DNA of 64,000 nucleotides from Eledone cirrhosa (taxonomy: Eukaryota): NCBI GenBank assembly GCA_964016885.1, contig CAXHJY010000449.1, positions 73,409-137,408 of the forward strand, given 5' to 3'. The number at the start of each line of letters is the position of its first letter. Within the stretch, counting starts at the first letter, position 1. The notes below the pieces were generated by a model. It saw nothing but the letters and a program-made list of their open reading frames with translations. It had not been told where the DNA came from and ran no database searches. Both the position numbers and the translations under genes were made by a program. Shown one piece after another: positions 43,163 to 58,145 of this stretch.

Positions 43163-43222
43163 TAATTCTGATGAGTCCTCAGATTAATCTTTTAACATTA
43201 AGGATGAAACGCACGTAAATTA
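43163..43222 (+). ncRNA. Minimal type I hammerhead ribozyme (predicted)
   Basis: taatt CUGAUGA gtcct-(21 nt)-aggat GAAA c-gcac-g UA aatta; preceded by a diverged inverted copy of its 5' flank (about 43063-43109). Confidence 0.75.
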
Positions 43223-43259
43223 AAATCTGATCTAGTTAGCAGTGTTTGGCTAATTTTTC

Positions 43260-43292
<33 letters not shown>

Positions 43293-43332
43293 ATACGCGG
43301 AAGTTTGTTTATAAAACGGCGGGCGAAGTTTT

Positions 43333-43530
43333 AAATTGAAATAGAAAGCTTCGCCATAATATTTGACTAAATAACGGGGAGTATAAACCCACTGAGGGGA
43401 AAAAGATGGGTATCACGACATATGTGCTGATATCCATCTTTCTCTGTTCATTGAATTTATACACCTCGTTATTTAGACTATATTATTTAGTCAAATGTTA
43501 CGGCGAAGCCTTATATTTCCACTTCAGTTT
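43333..43530. repeat. Imperfect palindromic (MITE-like) element
   Basis: gcttcgccataatatttgactaaataa / ttatttagtcaaatgttacggcgaagc, with an inner aagatgggtatca / tgatatccatctt. Confidence 0.6.
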
Positions 43531-43540
43531 ATATATATAT

Positions 43541-43785
43541 AAGGAAAAAAGATGAAATTGAAAATGCAACTGGAGTCTTTAAGAATATTTATTTGTTTCC
43601 TTTACCGGTTTGACTGTTCTTATGCTTTTCAAAAGTAGAAATGAGATGGAGGGTTTGTGGTTTTTCTCCCACAAACCCTCCATCTCAGTTCTATTTTTGA
43701 AAAGCATAAGAACTGTGAAACCAGTAAATGAAACATAAATATTCTTAAAAAGACTCCAGTTCCATTTTCGATTTCATCTTTTTTC

Positions 43786-43790
<5 letters not shown>
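43541..43790. mobile_element. Foldback family A, diverged copy
   Basis: Homologous to 19123-19372; the arms extend almost to the centre. Confidence 0.78.
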
Positions 43791-43855
<65 letters not shown>

Positions 43856-43861
<6 letters not shown>

Positions 43862-43928
43862 GTTGTAACATATATTTCTTAATAAGAAGTCTTATAACAA
43901 CGGCGGGAATTAATGTTACAACCCAATA
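43856..43928. mobile_element. About 70-bp mariner-type MITE
   Basis: TIR tattgggttgtaacat / atgttacaacccaata within TA context. Confidence 0.65.
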
Positions 43929-44385
43929 TATATGTAGTTGGGGTACTAATTATTGATGAAATATGCACAATGCCATTCAATTTGATTGGAAGGCATTAGA
44001 CACGACAATTCATGTATTATTCGCGAAGCGACGATAGTTCAATTCATTTAAAACAACAGTTCATATATTAAATACATAATATAATCTATCTAGATTAAAG
44101 TCGATAACAATAATGAAAATAAAATCATATTGGATGTTAATAAGAGTTAATAAATTAGTATTAAATAATTACTTTCCTTTTCCGTTTTTTTTTATATATA
44201 TTTTCTTATTTTACATTCCATTTTTATTTCTATTAAATTGTTTTACGACTTTTACAATATTCTAAATATGATCTATTCATAACAACGACATCAGTAAAAT
44301 TGCTGAAAATAAGATCAACATTGAACACAAGTTCAAAACAATGGAATAAGATCAACATTGAACCTAAGTTCAAAATATTCAACAT

Positions 44386-44522
44386 ACGAGGGTCGCTTGA
44401 AAAGTTCATAGACTGATTATGAAGGGGCGATACGAGAACTGTAAAATCCTTCGTGCATTAATTTCAACTCTTCTTATTAATAACTGTATTGTTTCTTTCC
44501 AGGGACTATGTTGAAAAATAAA
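44386..44522 (+). mobile_element. Mariner remnant; related terminus at about 35790-35890
   Basis: Terminus tacgagggtc...aaaagttcatag and the transposase C-terminal GDYVEK* (gggactatgttgaaaaataa). Confidence 0.6.
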
Positions 44523-44577
44523 CCTATCTAACATAGCATTCTAAGTTGTTCCCCACAAAATTCTTAAATATGACCTC

Positions 44578-44760
44578 TATAACAAATACCGGGGATTGTC
44601 AGGCTGCTTCCTCTTTGCACCGGTGGGCGCCGAGACTTCAGGCGTCCTTGAACCCCGTACTGCAGAGCTCCTCTGCAAGATCGGAATGCCAGCGGCCCGT
44701 CTGAAGAAGGAGCCCCATTCTAACGATTCTGCCAATTCCCTGCCTTCGTATTGCAAACAG
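44578..44760 (+). mobile_element. Fragment of an RLE-type (CRE/R2-group) non-LTR retrotransposon endonuclease region
   Basis: Peptide NKYRGLSGCFLFAPVGAETSGVLEPRTAELLCKIG matches the KY...FxPxxxETxG pattern. Confidence 0.55.
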
Positions 44761-45036
44761 GGTGTTTCAAAGACAAAATTTAGCTGAAAGGGTTAGTTGT
44801 GCGACAGACCTTTCGATATTACTGAAGTTAAGGGGTTGCAATACTCTGTCATACAATTTGTTTCAGTGATCCCTGTATATCGTGTCGTCTGCCTGTGACA
44901 TCTAAAATGCATTTGTCAATTATGAAAAATGTCTAACTTCTTCTACGAAGAAATAAAAGTTCTTCAGTTATAGACTTTCTGTTGGATACATTGTAATTAT
45001 TACATGACTCACATAATCTAAATGCTGATTGTATAT

Positions 45037-45545
<509 letters not shown>

Positions 45546-45701
45546 ATTTATATACACACACAGAGATGCATGCATGCACAACTATGGCAATATAAATTTC
45601 GTGTCAGAGTGTGTGCGTGTAATAAATGTGTTGCTCCTTGACTGTTTGAGCGCTAACTCTTATATCGGATACCTTCGATGGTCCCTAATTTTCTTTTATA
45701 A

Positions 45702-45965
45702 CATGGATTATTACAACATCACAACTTCACTTAAAGACATTCCTATCCCTGGTAAATCTGAATTCACTAAACTTCTGATTGAAAAAACTGACCCTTTTGT
45801 GAGAAGGCTTAGATGGATCGCTTTTTTCCACGACCAGCGCTTAAAAGGAAATGTTTATACTAAGGAACGTAACAATATTGATTATGTATTTAACTCTAGA
45901 ATAAATCCTCCTTCCAACAAAAATCTAGTGCAGTTTGAGGAAGAACTAACTAATATTATAAGAAT
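45702..45965 (+). mobile_element. N-terminal ORF fragment of a Penelope-like element
   Basis: SLKDIPIPGKSEFTKLLIEKTDPFVRRLRWIAFF...NPPSNKNLVQFEEEL resembles the conserved PLE ORF N-terminus (SxKNIPIP...LIxK...RMRWxAFF); recalled from memory, not aligned. Confidence 0.62.
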
Positions 45966-46133
45966 GGAGACAGACATAAGTATATGTCTTCAAGAAACCA
46001 TTGGTAAATGAAATAATTATCTTATGTCGTATATTACATAAATATATATATATATACATATATATATACACACACACACACACACGATTGTTCTGTGGAA
46101 TAGGGGGTTATTTATATGTCTAAACTCTGCTAG

Positions 46134-46315
46134 TGCTCCGATGATTCCAAACGAAAGTTTGGAAGAAACGATTGTCTGCAATAAAATGTTTTGAACATAG
46201 TTTTGATTATTCTGTAATTTATATTCCGGCTCTGTAAAACATCTGATGTCTTTACTTTGAGCTATTTTTCTTACTGGTAATAAGGCGGTAATGAATTACT
46301 GACCTTTCCTGTTTA
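46134..46315 (+). mobile_element. PLE-derived element (family D) with a CCGAnGA HHR-like fold at 46134-46180; homolog on the minus strand at 58216-58396
   Basis: About 180 bp of shared sequence (tttgaacatag...cttactggtaataagg...aattactgacctt) plus the fold. Confidence 0.65.
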
Positions 46316-47336
46316 TAATTATATATAGTGTATATATACACACACACACACATATATATATATATCATATATTTGTAATATATAGTTTGTATGCCAACAC
46401 GTATAGCATATCATATTTCTCTCTCTTTCCCTATCTCGCTGATCCTCTCTCTCTCACTTTCTCTCCCTCCCCTCTTCTAACCCCTTTCTCTCTTTGTCGT
46501 TCTTTACCTCTCTCGTTCTCTCCTCTATTTCCTTCTTTCTCTCTTTCCCCTATCTTGATGTCTCTTTCTCTCACTATCTCTCTCTTCCACTCTCTCACCC
46601 TTTCTATCATTATTTCTCTCTCTTTGTTTCCCTATCTCACGGTCCCTCTCTCTCCCACGGTTCCCTCTCTCTCTCTCTCTCTCTTCCCTATCGCACGGTG
46701 CCTCTCTCTCTCTTTCTTTATCCCTATCTCACGGTCCGTCACTCTCCTACTGCTCCCCCTCCCTCTCTCTTCCATCCACTCAGTCAATGCCTTCTCTCTT
46801 TCCTTGTTTCTCTTTCTCTCTTTCCCCTATCTTGCTGTTCCTTTCTCTCTCTCTTTCCATGCCTCTCTCATCCTGCCTCTCTCTATCACTCTCTCACCCT
46901 TTCTATCCTTATTTCTCTTTCTCTCTTTGTTTCCCTATCTGACGGTCCCTCTCTCTCTCTCCCACTGCTCCCCTCCCTCTCCCCCTCTCTCTTCCACCCA
47001 CTCAGTCAACGCCTTCTCTCTGATTCAGCCTTCCTTTTTCTCTTCAGTTTTTTGGACAAACAAAACTTACGGAGCATTGATATGTAACCATATCAGCAAA
47101 ACTTGATAAATAATTACTTCTGTAAATCCAACACTTGCACAGAATTCCATCTATCAAACTATATATATGGCAGCCAGTTTTGTTTGACGTGAAAGGACGA
47201 CAGGAAATGACACAGGAGCAGGCACGAGCTAAATAAATCACAAACTTTCTATTGGTTATAAATATACAACACCAGGTTATTTGCTGACAGCTAGGATTAC
47301 TGCAAAACGTAAATATTTGACCTCATGCATTTTGAA

Positions 47337-47433
<97 letters not shown>

Positions 47434-47719
47434 CTTTATTCATAAAAATAATCCATTCTGATGACTGTCTTACGTTATATATATATTGCTTTGACAACGT
47501 TGCTATTTTGCTCGAAATATTCTGAAGCAATTACATTGGTTTCAATTTTGCAATCATAAAGAGCTACCATATCTTTTTTGAATAATCAATCCATATGTTT
47601 AACAACAGAGGATTACTCTACCTCCCACCGATGTAGTCTCTGTATCTATGTTTGATAACACAAAGGTACTATATTATTCATATAGTCTATATCTGTTTGA
47701 TATCACTTATTGATATTGT

Positions 47720-48035
47720 ATCTATTTCTAGGGCGGGTAAAATTCCCGAGATCCATGGACGAGTTCTCTCCAGCGATCTCTGTCCCTCATTATCGCTGCC
47801 ATGTCCTGCGTCTCCAACAGACCAGTGTCTGTCCTTAGGGCATACGTTAACATACGTTAACCTTGGTCTTCCTCTTCCAGTGTGTCCATGTAGGGGCTTC
47901 CACAGGATCACTGAGTGCAATGTCAACTCTGGATGTCGGTGAGCATGTCCAGCTAACCTCAGTCTCCTCTGAGTCACTTTTGAGCTGACTTTTGGGAGGC
48001 TCCCATACAGCTCTGAGTTTTTCATCCTCAGTGTA
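47720..48035 (-). mobile_element. RTE-clade LINE 3' end
   Basis: MKNSELYGSLPKVSSKVTQRRLRLAGHAHRHPELTLHSVILWKPLHGHTGRGRPRLTY; same family as 45178. Confidence 0.82.
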
Positions 48036-48044
48036 TCTATATTA

Positions 48045-48630
48045 TGTTTTAATTTAGCCTCTAGTCATCCCCGGTTGAAGAATCCTGTGATCAAAGATGT
48101 TCCAGCTGTGACCATCCCACAGTGTATTTAGAACTACACATGTCTTGTGTGCTACTGTGTAAAATTACGTTTTAATTTAGCTCTTGGTTAGCCTTGGTTG
48201 GCAAGTCCTGTGATCAAAGGTATTTAAGCTACGCCCATCCCATAGTGTATATAGGACTATATCAGTTTTCTAGGACTATATCAGTGTTGTGTTCTATTGT
48301 GTAAAGTCACGTTTTAATTCAGCCCTTGGTCATCCCTGGTTGTACTGTTCAGTGATCAAAGGTATTCCAGTTATGACCTTCCCACAGTGTATCTAGGACT
48401 ATATGTGTGTCGTGTGCTACTGTGTAAAGTTACCTTTTAATTTAGCCCCTGGTCATCCCGGGTTGTAGTGTCCTGTGATCAACGGTGTTTCAGCTATGAC
48501 CCTCCCACAGTATATCTAAGACTATTCTACGATATAATGTAGTCCTTGGTCAATCCAAGTTAAACAGTCCTGTGATCAAACGTGTTCCAATCACGCCCAT
48601 CCTAATTATTTGTGTATCTAGGACTACATT
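48045..48630. repeat. About 125-bp tandem repeat, roughly 5 diverged units
   Basis: Recurring ttttaatttagc...cctgtgatcaaaggt.ttccagct.tgaccatcccacagtgtatctaggacta. Confidence 0.8.
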
Positions 48631-48805
48631 AGACCTGTCAACTCTCCCTCGCCGGACGGGGAGATCTCCCACCCAATTTGATATGGGTGAGAGATGTCAT
48701 CTCTTGTGAAAATGGGTATAGCTTTCATTATGTAAAATCTCCCCATTTTGAGGCACATTTTTTCATAGCACTTCCTGTTTGAGTTTTTAGAGGTTGGCAG
48801 GTCTG
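48630..48805. mobile_element. About 175-bp MITE (hAT-like termini) inserted in the last tandem unit
   Basis: TIR agacctgtcaac / gttggcaggtct; imperfect duplication ctacatt/caacatt. Confidence 0.55.
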
Positions 48806-49151
48806 CAACATTATCCAGTGTGTCCATTCCTTCTTTAAGGCTACAGTATACGATTTGAAGGAGATTTAGCTATCATTTCTAGTGGATCCTCTCTCGATGT
48901 CTCCTCATCAGTTCAGTGTCTATATAAACCTATGGTCATCAAGGTAAACAGACGTCCAAAATTTCAAGATTCCAGACAGAAATAAGTTAAATCCTTCATT
49001 AGGAAATTATTTTAGACTTTCTAAAGATAGATTTTATTGGAAACCTTTCAGGTCTAACGACGCCATTTTGTCACTAACTTTATATCATCACGCGCACACA
49101 CATGTGTGTAAACACACACTTCAACGCATGCTGTCTCTGTTTTTCTCTATC

Positions 49152-49198
<47 letters not shown>

Positions 49199-49283
49199 GC
49201 ATATATACATAAGTGCATCCATCCGTGTATACACACACACATATATATGTATATATTCACGAATACACATACATACAATCACG

Positions 49284-49320
<37 letters not shown>

Positions 49321-49361
49321 ACGAATACACGTACATATACATGAGTACGAACATATATATG

Positions 49362-49412
<51 letters not shown>

Positions 49413-49476
49413 ATACACACACACACACAGAACATATTTATGAATACATACATATATACACATACATACATGTATG

Positions 49477-49510
<34 letters not shown>

Positions 49511-49575
49511 TATATATATGCATACATATATGTATAGATATATAGATATATATGCATACATACATGTATATATTT

Positions 49576-49626
<51 letters not shown>

Positions 49627-49691
49627 TATATATATGCATACATATATGTATAGATATATAGATATATATGCATACATATATGTATATATTT

Positions 49692-49731
<40 letters not shown>

Positions 49732-50123
49732 ATGCATACATTTATGTATATATTCATACATTCCCAGCCTGTGTGTGTTACTCTCTTTCTCCTTCACCAC
49801 CTCCTCCACCTTCCACTCGTGCTAAATAAGTGAAATATAGTCCAGCGCTCTTGTCCAGTCGAGCACCCCACACCCCACACCCCACACCTCCACCGACCCT
49901 CCATGTTTCGGAACCTTTTCCCCAATAAATCGAAGATGTCAACATTGATCTCACAATTGATCAAAGAAGAAGACGAAGAGAGAGAGAGAGAGAGTGTGAG
50001 AGAGAGAGAGAGAGAAGGAGTGATGGGGTGCGGAGAGAGGTGTAAAGGACGGGGGGCGTGATGGGGTAGTACGCGTGTGTGTATCTGTGGATGTTGAAGT
50101 GTATAGTGAGGTGTATGCCAATA

Positions 50124-50171
<48 letters not shown>

Positions 50172-50202
50172 CATTTGTAGGTGTATGTATATATGTTTGA
50201 GG

Positions 50203-50251
<49 letters not shown>

Positions 50252-50286
50252 CATTTGTAGGTGTATGTATATATATATGTTTGAGG

Positions 50287-50333
<47 letters not shown>

Positions 50334-50401
50334 CATTTGTAGGTGTATGTATATATATATGTTTGAGGGTGTATATATATATATATGAGAGAGAGAGAGA
50401 A

Positions 50402-50474
<73 letters not shown>

Positions 50475-50549
50475 AAAAGGGGAAAACATATTTTTTTCTT
50501 CCTAATAATCGTCTTTTTCTCCCTGTTTTCATATATATATATATATATA

Positions 50550-50688
50550 TATGTTTGAGAGTGTATATATATATATATATATGTTTGAGAGTGTATATAT
50601 ATATATATATATATGTTTGAGAGTGTATATATATATATATATATATATGTTTGAGAGTGTATATATATATATATATATATGTTTGAGA

Positions 50689-50725
<37 letters not shown>

Positions 50726-51020
50726 TGAGAGTGTATATTTATATATATGTTTGAGAGTGTATATATATATATATATGTTTGAGAGTGTATATTTATATAT
50801 ATATGTTTGAGAGAGTATATATATATACATATGTTTGAGAGTGTATATATATATATATATATATATGTTTGAGAGTGTATATATATATATATATATATAT
50901 ATGTTTGAGAGTGTATATTTATATATATGTTTGAGAGTGTATATATATATATATATGTTTGAGAGTGTATATTTATATATATATGTTTGAGAGAGTATAT
51001 ATATATACATATGTTTGAGA

Positions 51021-51066
<46 letters not shown>

Positions 51067-51505
51067 GTTTGAGAGTGTATATATATATATATATATGTTT
51101 GAGAGTGTATATTTATATATATGTTTGAGAGTGTATATATATATATATATGTTTGAGAGTGTATATTTATATATATATGTTTGAGAGTGTATATATATAT
51201 ATATATATGTTTGAGAGTGTATATTTATATATATATATGTTTGAGAGTGTATATATATATATATATATATGTTTGAGAGTGTATATTTATATATATATAT
51301 ATATATATATATGTTTGAGAGTATATTATATATATATATATGTTTGAGAGAGTATATTTATATATATATGTTTGAGAGTGTATATATATATATATATATG
51401 TTTGAGAGTGTATATATATATATATATATGTTTGAGAGTGTATATATATATATATATATATATATGTTTGAGAGTGTATATATATATATATATATATGTT
51501 TGAGA

Positions 51506-51540
<35 letters not shown>

Positions 51541-51837
51541 TGAGAGTGTATATTTATATATATGTTTGAGAGTGTATATATATATGTATATGTTTGAGAG
51601 TGTATATTTATATATATATGTTTGAGAGAGTATATATATATACATATGTTTGAGAGTGTATATATATATATATATATATATATGTTTGAGAGTGTATATA
51701 TATATATATATATATATATGTTTGAGAGTGTATATTTATATATATGTTTGAGAGTGTATATATATATATATATGTTTGAGAGTGTATATTTATATATATA
51801 TGTTTGAGAGAGTATATATATATACATATGTTTGAGA

Positions 51838-51879
<42 letters not shown>

Positions 51880-51922
51880 GTTTGAGAGTGTATATATATA
51901 TATATATATGTTTGAGAGTGTA

Positions 51923-51953
<31 letters not shown>

Positions 51954-52049
51954 GTTTGAGAGTATATTTATATATATATATATGTTTGAGAGAGTATATT
52001 TATATATATATGTTTGAGAGAGTATATATATATATATATGTTTGAGAGA

Positions 52050-52094
<45 letters not shown>

Positions 52095-52337
52095 TGAGAG
52101 TGTATATATATATATATATATGTTTGAGAGTGTATATTTATATATATGTTTGAGAGTGTATATATATATATATGTTTGAGAGTGTATATTTATATATATA
52201 TGTTTGAGAGTGTATATATATATATATATATGTTTGAGAGTGTATATATATATATATATATGTTTGAGAGTGTATATATATATATATATATATATATGTT
52301 TGAGAGTGTATATATATATATATATATATGTTTGAGA

Positions 52338-52372
<35 letters not shown>

Positions 52373-52671
52373 TGAGAGTGTATATTTATATATATGTTTG
52401 AGAGTGTATATATATATGTATATGTTTGAGAGTGTATATTTATATATATATGTTTGAGAGAGTATATATATATACATATGTTTGAGAGTGTATATATATA
52501 TATATATATATATATATGTTTGAGAGTGTATATATATATATATATATATATATGTTTGAGAGTGTATATTTATATATATGTTTGAGAGTGTATATATATA
52601 TATATATGTTTGAGAGTGTATATTTATATATATATGTTTGAGAGAGTATATATATATACATATGTTTGAGA

Positions 52672-52719
<48 letters not shown>

Positions 52720-53061
52720 GTTTGAGAGTGTATATATATATATATATATGTTTGAGAGTGTATATTTATATATATGTTTGAGAGTGTATATATATATATA
52801 TATGTTTGAGAGTGTATATTTATATATATATGTTTGAGAGTGTATATATATATATATGTTTGAGAGTGTATATTTATATATATATATGTTTGAGAGTGTA
52901 TATATATATGTATATATATATGTTTGAGAGTGTATATTTATATATATATATATATATATATATGTTTGAGAGAGTATATTTATATATATATATATGTTTG
53001 AGAGAGTATATTTATATATATATGTTTGAGAGAGTATATATATATATATATGTTTGAGAGA

Positions 53062-53106
<45 letters not shown>

Positions 53107-53346
53107 TGAGAGTGTATATATATATATATATGTTTGAGAGTGTATATTTATATATATGTTTGAGAGTGTATATATATATATATGTTTGAGAGTGTATATT
53201 TATATATATATGTTTGAGAGTGTATATATATATATATATATGTTTGAGAGTGTATATTTATATATATATATATATATGTTTGAGAGAGTATATTTATATA
53301 TATATATTTGAGAGAGTATATATATATATATATGTTTGAGAGTGTA

Positions 53347-53377
<31 letters not shown>

Positions 53378-53500
53378 GTTTGAGAGTGTATATTTATATA
53401 TATGTTTGAGAGTGCGTATATATATATACTCTCTCAAACATATATATATATATTTACACACACACATATATATATATATGTTTGAGAGAGTATATATATA
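50550..53500. repeat. Compound satellite tgtttgagagtg(ta)n with higher-order duplication
   Basis: On the order of 100 units; the ORF track shows identical peptides at 51358-51645 and 52190-52477, an 832-bp offset. Confidence 0.93.
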
Positions 53501-53724
53501 TATATATGTGCGTGTGTGTGTATGAGCATATATGTGTGTATGTATATATATATATATGTGTGTGAGAGAGCGTGTATGTCTATGTGTGTGCAAGTTAGTG
53601 TATATATATATGTGTGCGTATATATATATGTGTGGGGGGGGGCAGCAGACAGGGAAGAAAACCTGTAAGTTTCCATCATCGATCTGTTCCCAAGAATATC
53701 ACGGTTCTTTTGGTATTGATAATA

Positions 53725-54190
53725 GTGATGGTGGTGGCGGTCGTGGTGGTGGTGGTGATAGTGATGTCGATGGGGTGGGGGTGGGGTGATGGTAGTAGTG
53801 TTGGTTGTGGTGGCGGTGGTGGTGGTGGTGGTGGTGGTGGTGGTGGTGTTGATAGTGGTGTCGATGGGGTGATGGCGGGGGGCGGGGTGATGGTGCGGGC
53901 GGGGAGATGGTGGTGGGTGGGGTGATGGGGGTGGTGTTGGTTGTGGTGGTTGTGGTCGTGGTGGTGATGGTGTTGATAGTGATGTCGATGGGATGATGGT
54001 GGAGGTGGTGATGGTGGTGGTGTTGGTTGAGGTGGTGGTGGTAGTGTTGTTGATAATGGTGTCGATAAGGATGGTGGGGTGGTAATGGTGGTGATGCTTC
54101 TGATGATGATGGGGATGGTGGTGGTGGTGGTGGTGGTGATAGTGCTAGTGTTGTTGTTTGTGGTGGTGATAGGGTTGGAGGTGGTGACGG
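53725..54190. repeat. (GGT/GAT)n degenerate triplet repeat
   Basis: Direct inspection. Confidence 0.85.
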
Positions 54191-54578
54191 TAAAGGGCCA
54201 TAACACTATGCTGCATAACTCTACCCTGCCAATCCACCGCCCTAAAGAATAATTGTTTCTACTTTTGGCACAAGGCCAGCAATTAACCCATTACATTACT
54301 GGTACTTTATTTAATCGACCCCGTAAGGATGATAGGCAAAGTAAACCATTGCGAGATTTGAACTCAGACCGTAAAGAGTTGTGACTCTATGCTGCAAGGC
54401 ATGGCGTCCGACCCTCTACCGATACTGTCACATCCACCGCCCTAAAGAATAATTGTTTCTAATTTTGGCATTAGGCCAGCAATTACCCAGTACATTACCG
54501 GTACATTATTTTATCGACCCCGTAAGGATGAAAGGCAAAGTTAACCTCGACGGGATTCGACCGCCCTAAAGAATAATG
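54188..54578 (-). mobile_element. Tandem SINE copies on the minus strand (one full, two partial) joined by a repeated ccgccctaaagaataat junction
   Basis: Reverse complement of the SINE consensus. Confidence 0.82.
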
Positions 54579-54955
54579 ACACTGCAATGGAGGAGGAAGA
54601 CAAGGTCAAGAACGGAATGGCTGAAATACTGTGACCAGAGGATTCAAAGAAATATCCGACAGTCTGGCCAATGAGGGTAGTCAAGGGAACTCTAAATGCC
54701 GCAGAAGTAGGCAACCATAAGGTACCGTGTGTTAAAAATATTTGTATATTTATGACAATTGGGAGAATGTTTATCTGAGAAATTTAGGAATTTCTTGCCT
54801 GTGTTGGTTTTAAGATATAGAGAAAAGGACATTGGCTTGAGATTCCTTTATTGATCTGTAGAAAACCCCAGTTATAAGAGTAGAAGAGGATATACATATG
54901 TCTATATACATACCCATATATTCCACTCGTTTATGGGAGACAGTGTGCGTGTATG

Positions 54956-54959
<4 letters not shown>

Positions 54960-55012
<53 letters not shown>

Positions 55013-55029
55013 TTATATATATATATATA

Positions 55030-55080
<51 letters not shown>

Positions 55081-55277
55081 TTATATATATATATATATAT
55101 ATACTTATATATATATATATACACTTATATATATATATATACTTATATATATATATATATATATATATACTTATATATATATATATATATATACTTATAT
55201 ATATATATATATATACTTATATATATATATATATATACTTATATATATATATACTTATATATATATATATATATACT

Positions 55278-55317
<40 letters not shown>

Positions 55318-55357
55318 CTTATATATATATATATATATACTTATATATATATATATA

Positions 55358-55429
<72 letters not shown>

Positions 55430-56362
55430 AATTAGGCTGCTCAGCCATGAATATGCATAAGGAAAGTATATACTTTCAGACGTTCAACCATCTGTCAGGA
55501 AGGTATACGATGCTGACGATAGCTAATAAGCTATAAACTAGTACATCGTTCCTGTGTCAGTGTTGAACAAAAAGGTGACGTGGTTGCCTAAACACCGTAC
55601 GGCGTAATTCGGGCTGTTTGTTTGTTTACAAACAGACAAACCGAGCATTATAATAAATGTTCGGTAAACCGATACGTGCTTATATATATATGTGTGCCTG
55701 TATGTACGTATACATACATACTTACATTTATATATATATGTGTGCATGTATGTACGTATACATACATACTTACATTTATATATATATATATATATATATG
55801 TACTTATATATATATATACTTATATATATATATATATATACTTATATATATACTTATATATATATATATACTTATATATATATATATACTTATATATATA
55901 TATATACTTATATATATATATATACTTATATATATACTTATATATATATATATACATATATATATACTTATATATATATATATATATACTTATATATATA
56001 CTTATATATATATATATATACTTATATATATATATATATACTTATATATATACTTATATATATATATATATACTTATATATATTCTTATATATATATATA
56101 TATACTTATATATATATATATATACTTATATATATACTTATATATATATATATATATACTTATATATATACTTATATATATATATATATATATATATATA
56201 CTTATATATACTTATATATATATATATATACTTATATATATATATATACTTATATATATATATATATACTTATATATATATATATATACTTATATATATA
56301 TATACTTATATATATATATATATATATACTTATATATATATATATACTTATATATATATATA

Positions 56363-56403
<41 letters not shown>

Positions 56404-56517
56404 TTATATATATATATATATATACTTATATACTAATATATATATATACTTATATATATATATATATATACATATACTTATATATATATATACATATACT
56501 TATATATATATATACAT

Positions 56518-56548
<31 letters not shown>

Positions 56549-57138
56549 CATGTATATATATATATGTACATGTATATATATATATATACTTATATATATA
56601 TATATATATATATATACTTATATATATATATATACTTATATATATATATATACTTATATATATATATACTTATATATATATATATACTTATATATATACT
56701 TATATATATATATATACATATATATATACTTATATATATATATACTTATATATATATATATATACTTATATATATACTTATATATATATATATACTTATA
56801 TATATATATATATACTTATATATATACTTATATATATATATATATACTTATATATATTCTTATATATATATATATATACTTATATATATATATATATACT
56901 TATATATATACTTATATATATATATATATACTTATATATATACTTATATATATATATATATATATATATACTTATATATACTTATATATATATATATATA
57001 TACTTATATATATATATATACTTATATATATATATATATATATACTTATATATATATATATATACTTATATATATATATACTTATATATATATATATATA
57101 TATATACTTATATATATATATACTTATATATATATATA

Positions 57139-57193
<55 letters not shown>

Positions 57194-57986
57194 TTATATA
57201 TATATATATATACTTATATATATACTAATATATATATATACTTATATATATATATATATACATATACTTATATATATATATACATATACTTATATATATA
57301 TATACATAATTATATATATATATATATATATATGTACATGTATATATATATATATACTTATATATATATATATATATATATATACTTATATATATATATA
57401 TACTTATATATATATATATATATACTTATATATATATATACTTATATAGATATATATACTTATATATATATATATACATATATATATACTTATATATATA
57501 TATATATATATACTTATATATATATATATATACTTATATATATACTTATATATATATATATACTTATATATATACTTATATATATATATATATATATACT
57601 TATATATATACTTATATATATATATATATACTTATATATATATATATATATATACTTATATATATATATATACTTATATATATATATATATACTTATATA
57701 TATATATATATACTTATATATATCTATATATATATATACTTATATATATATATATATACTTATATATATATATACTTATATATATACTAATATATATATA
57801 TATATACTTATATATATATATATACATATACTTATATATATATATACATATACATATATATATATATATATATACATAATTATATATATATATATATGTA
57901 CATGTATATATATATATATACTTATATATATATATATACTTATATATATATATATATATATATATATACTTATATATATATATATA

Positions 57987-58039
<53 letters not shown>

Positions 58040-58042
58040 TTA

Positions 58043-58078
<36 letters not shown>

Positions 58079-58145
58079 CTTATATATATATATGCTTATA
58101 TATATATATATATATATACTTATATATATATATATATATATACTT
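54960..58145. repeat. (TA)nCT compound microsatellite array, interrupted at about 55428-55680
   Basis: Iterated tatatactta; a recurring block of variants near 56430, 57222 and 57785. Confidence 0.92.

Noticed and set aside
47458-47525. CUGAUGA and a later GAAA in a TA-flanked island
   Set aside because: No consistent stem II and stem I pairing could be drawn
53676-54206. Pro/Thr/His-rich 176-aa ORF
   Set aside because: Reverse reading of a (GGT/GAT)n repeat that begins within a SINE fragment
55622-57790. 722-aa YI-rich ORF and the many other YI, HT, CV, SL and ER ORFs
   Set aside because: Translations of (TA)n, (CA)n and (GA)n repeats, which lack stops by composition
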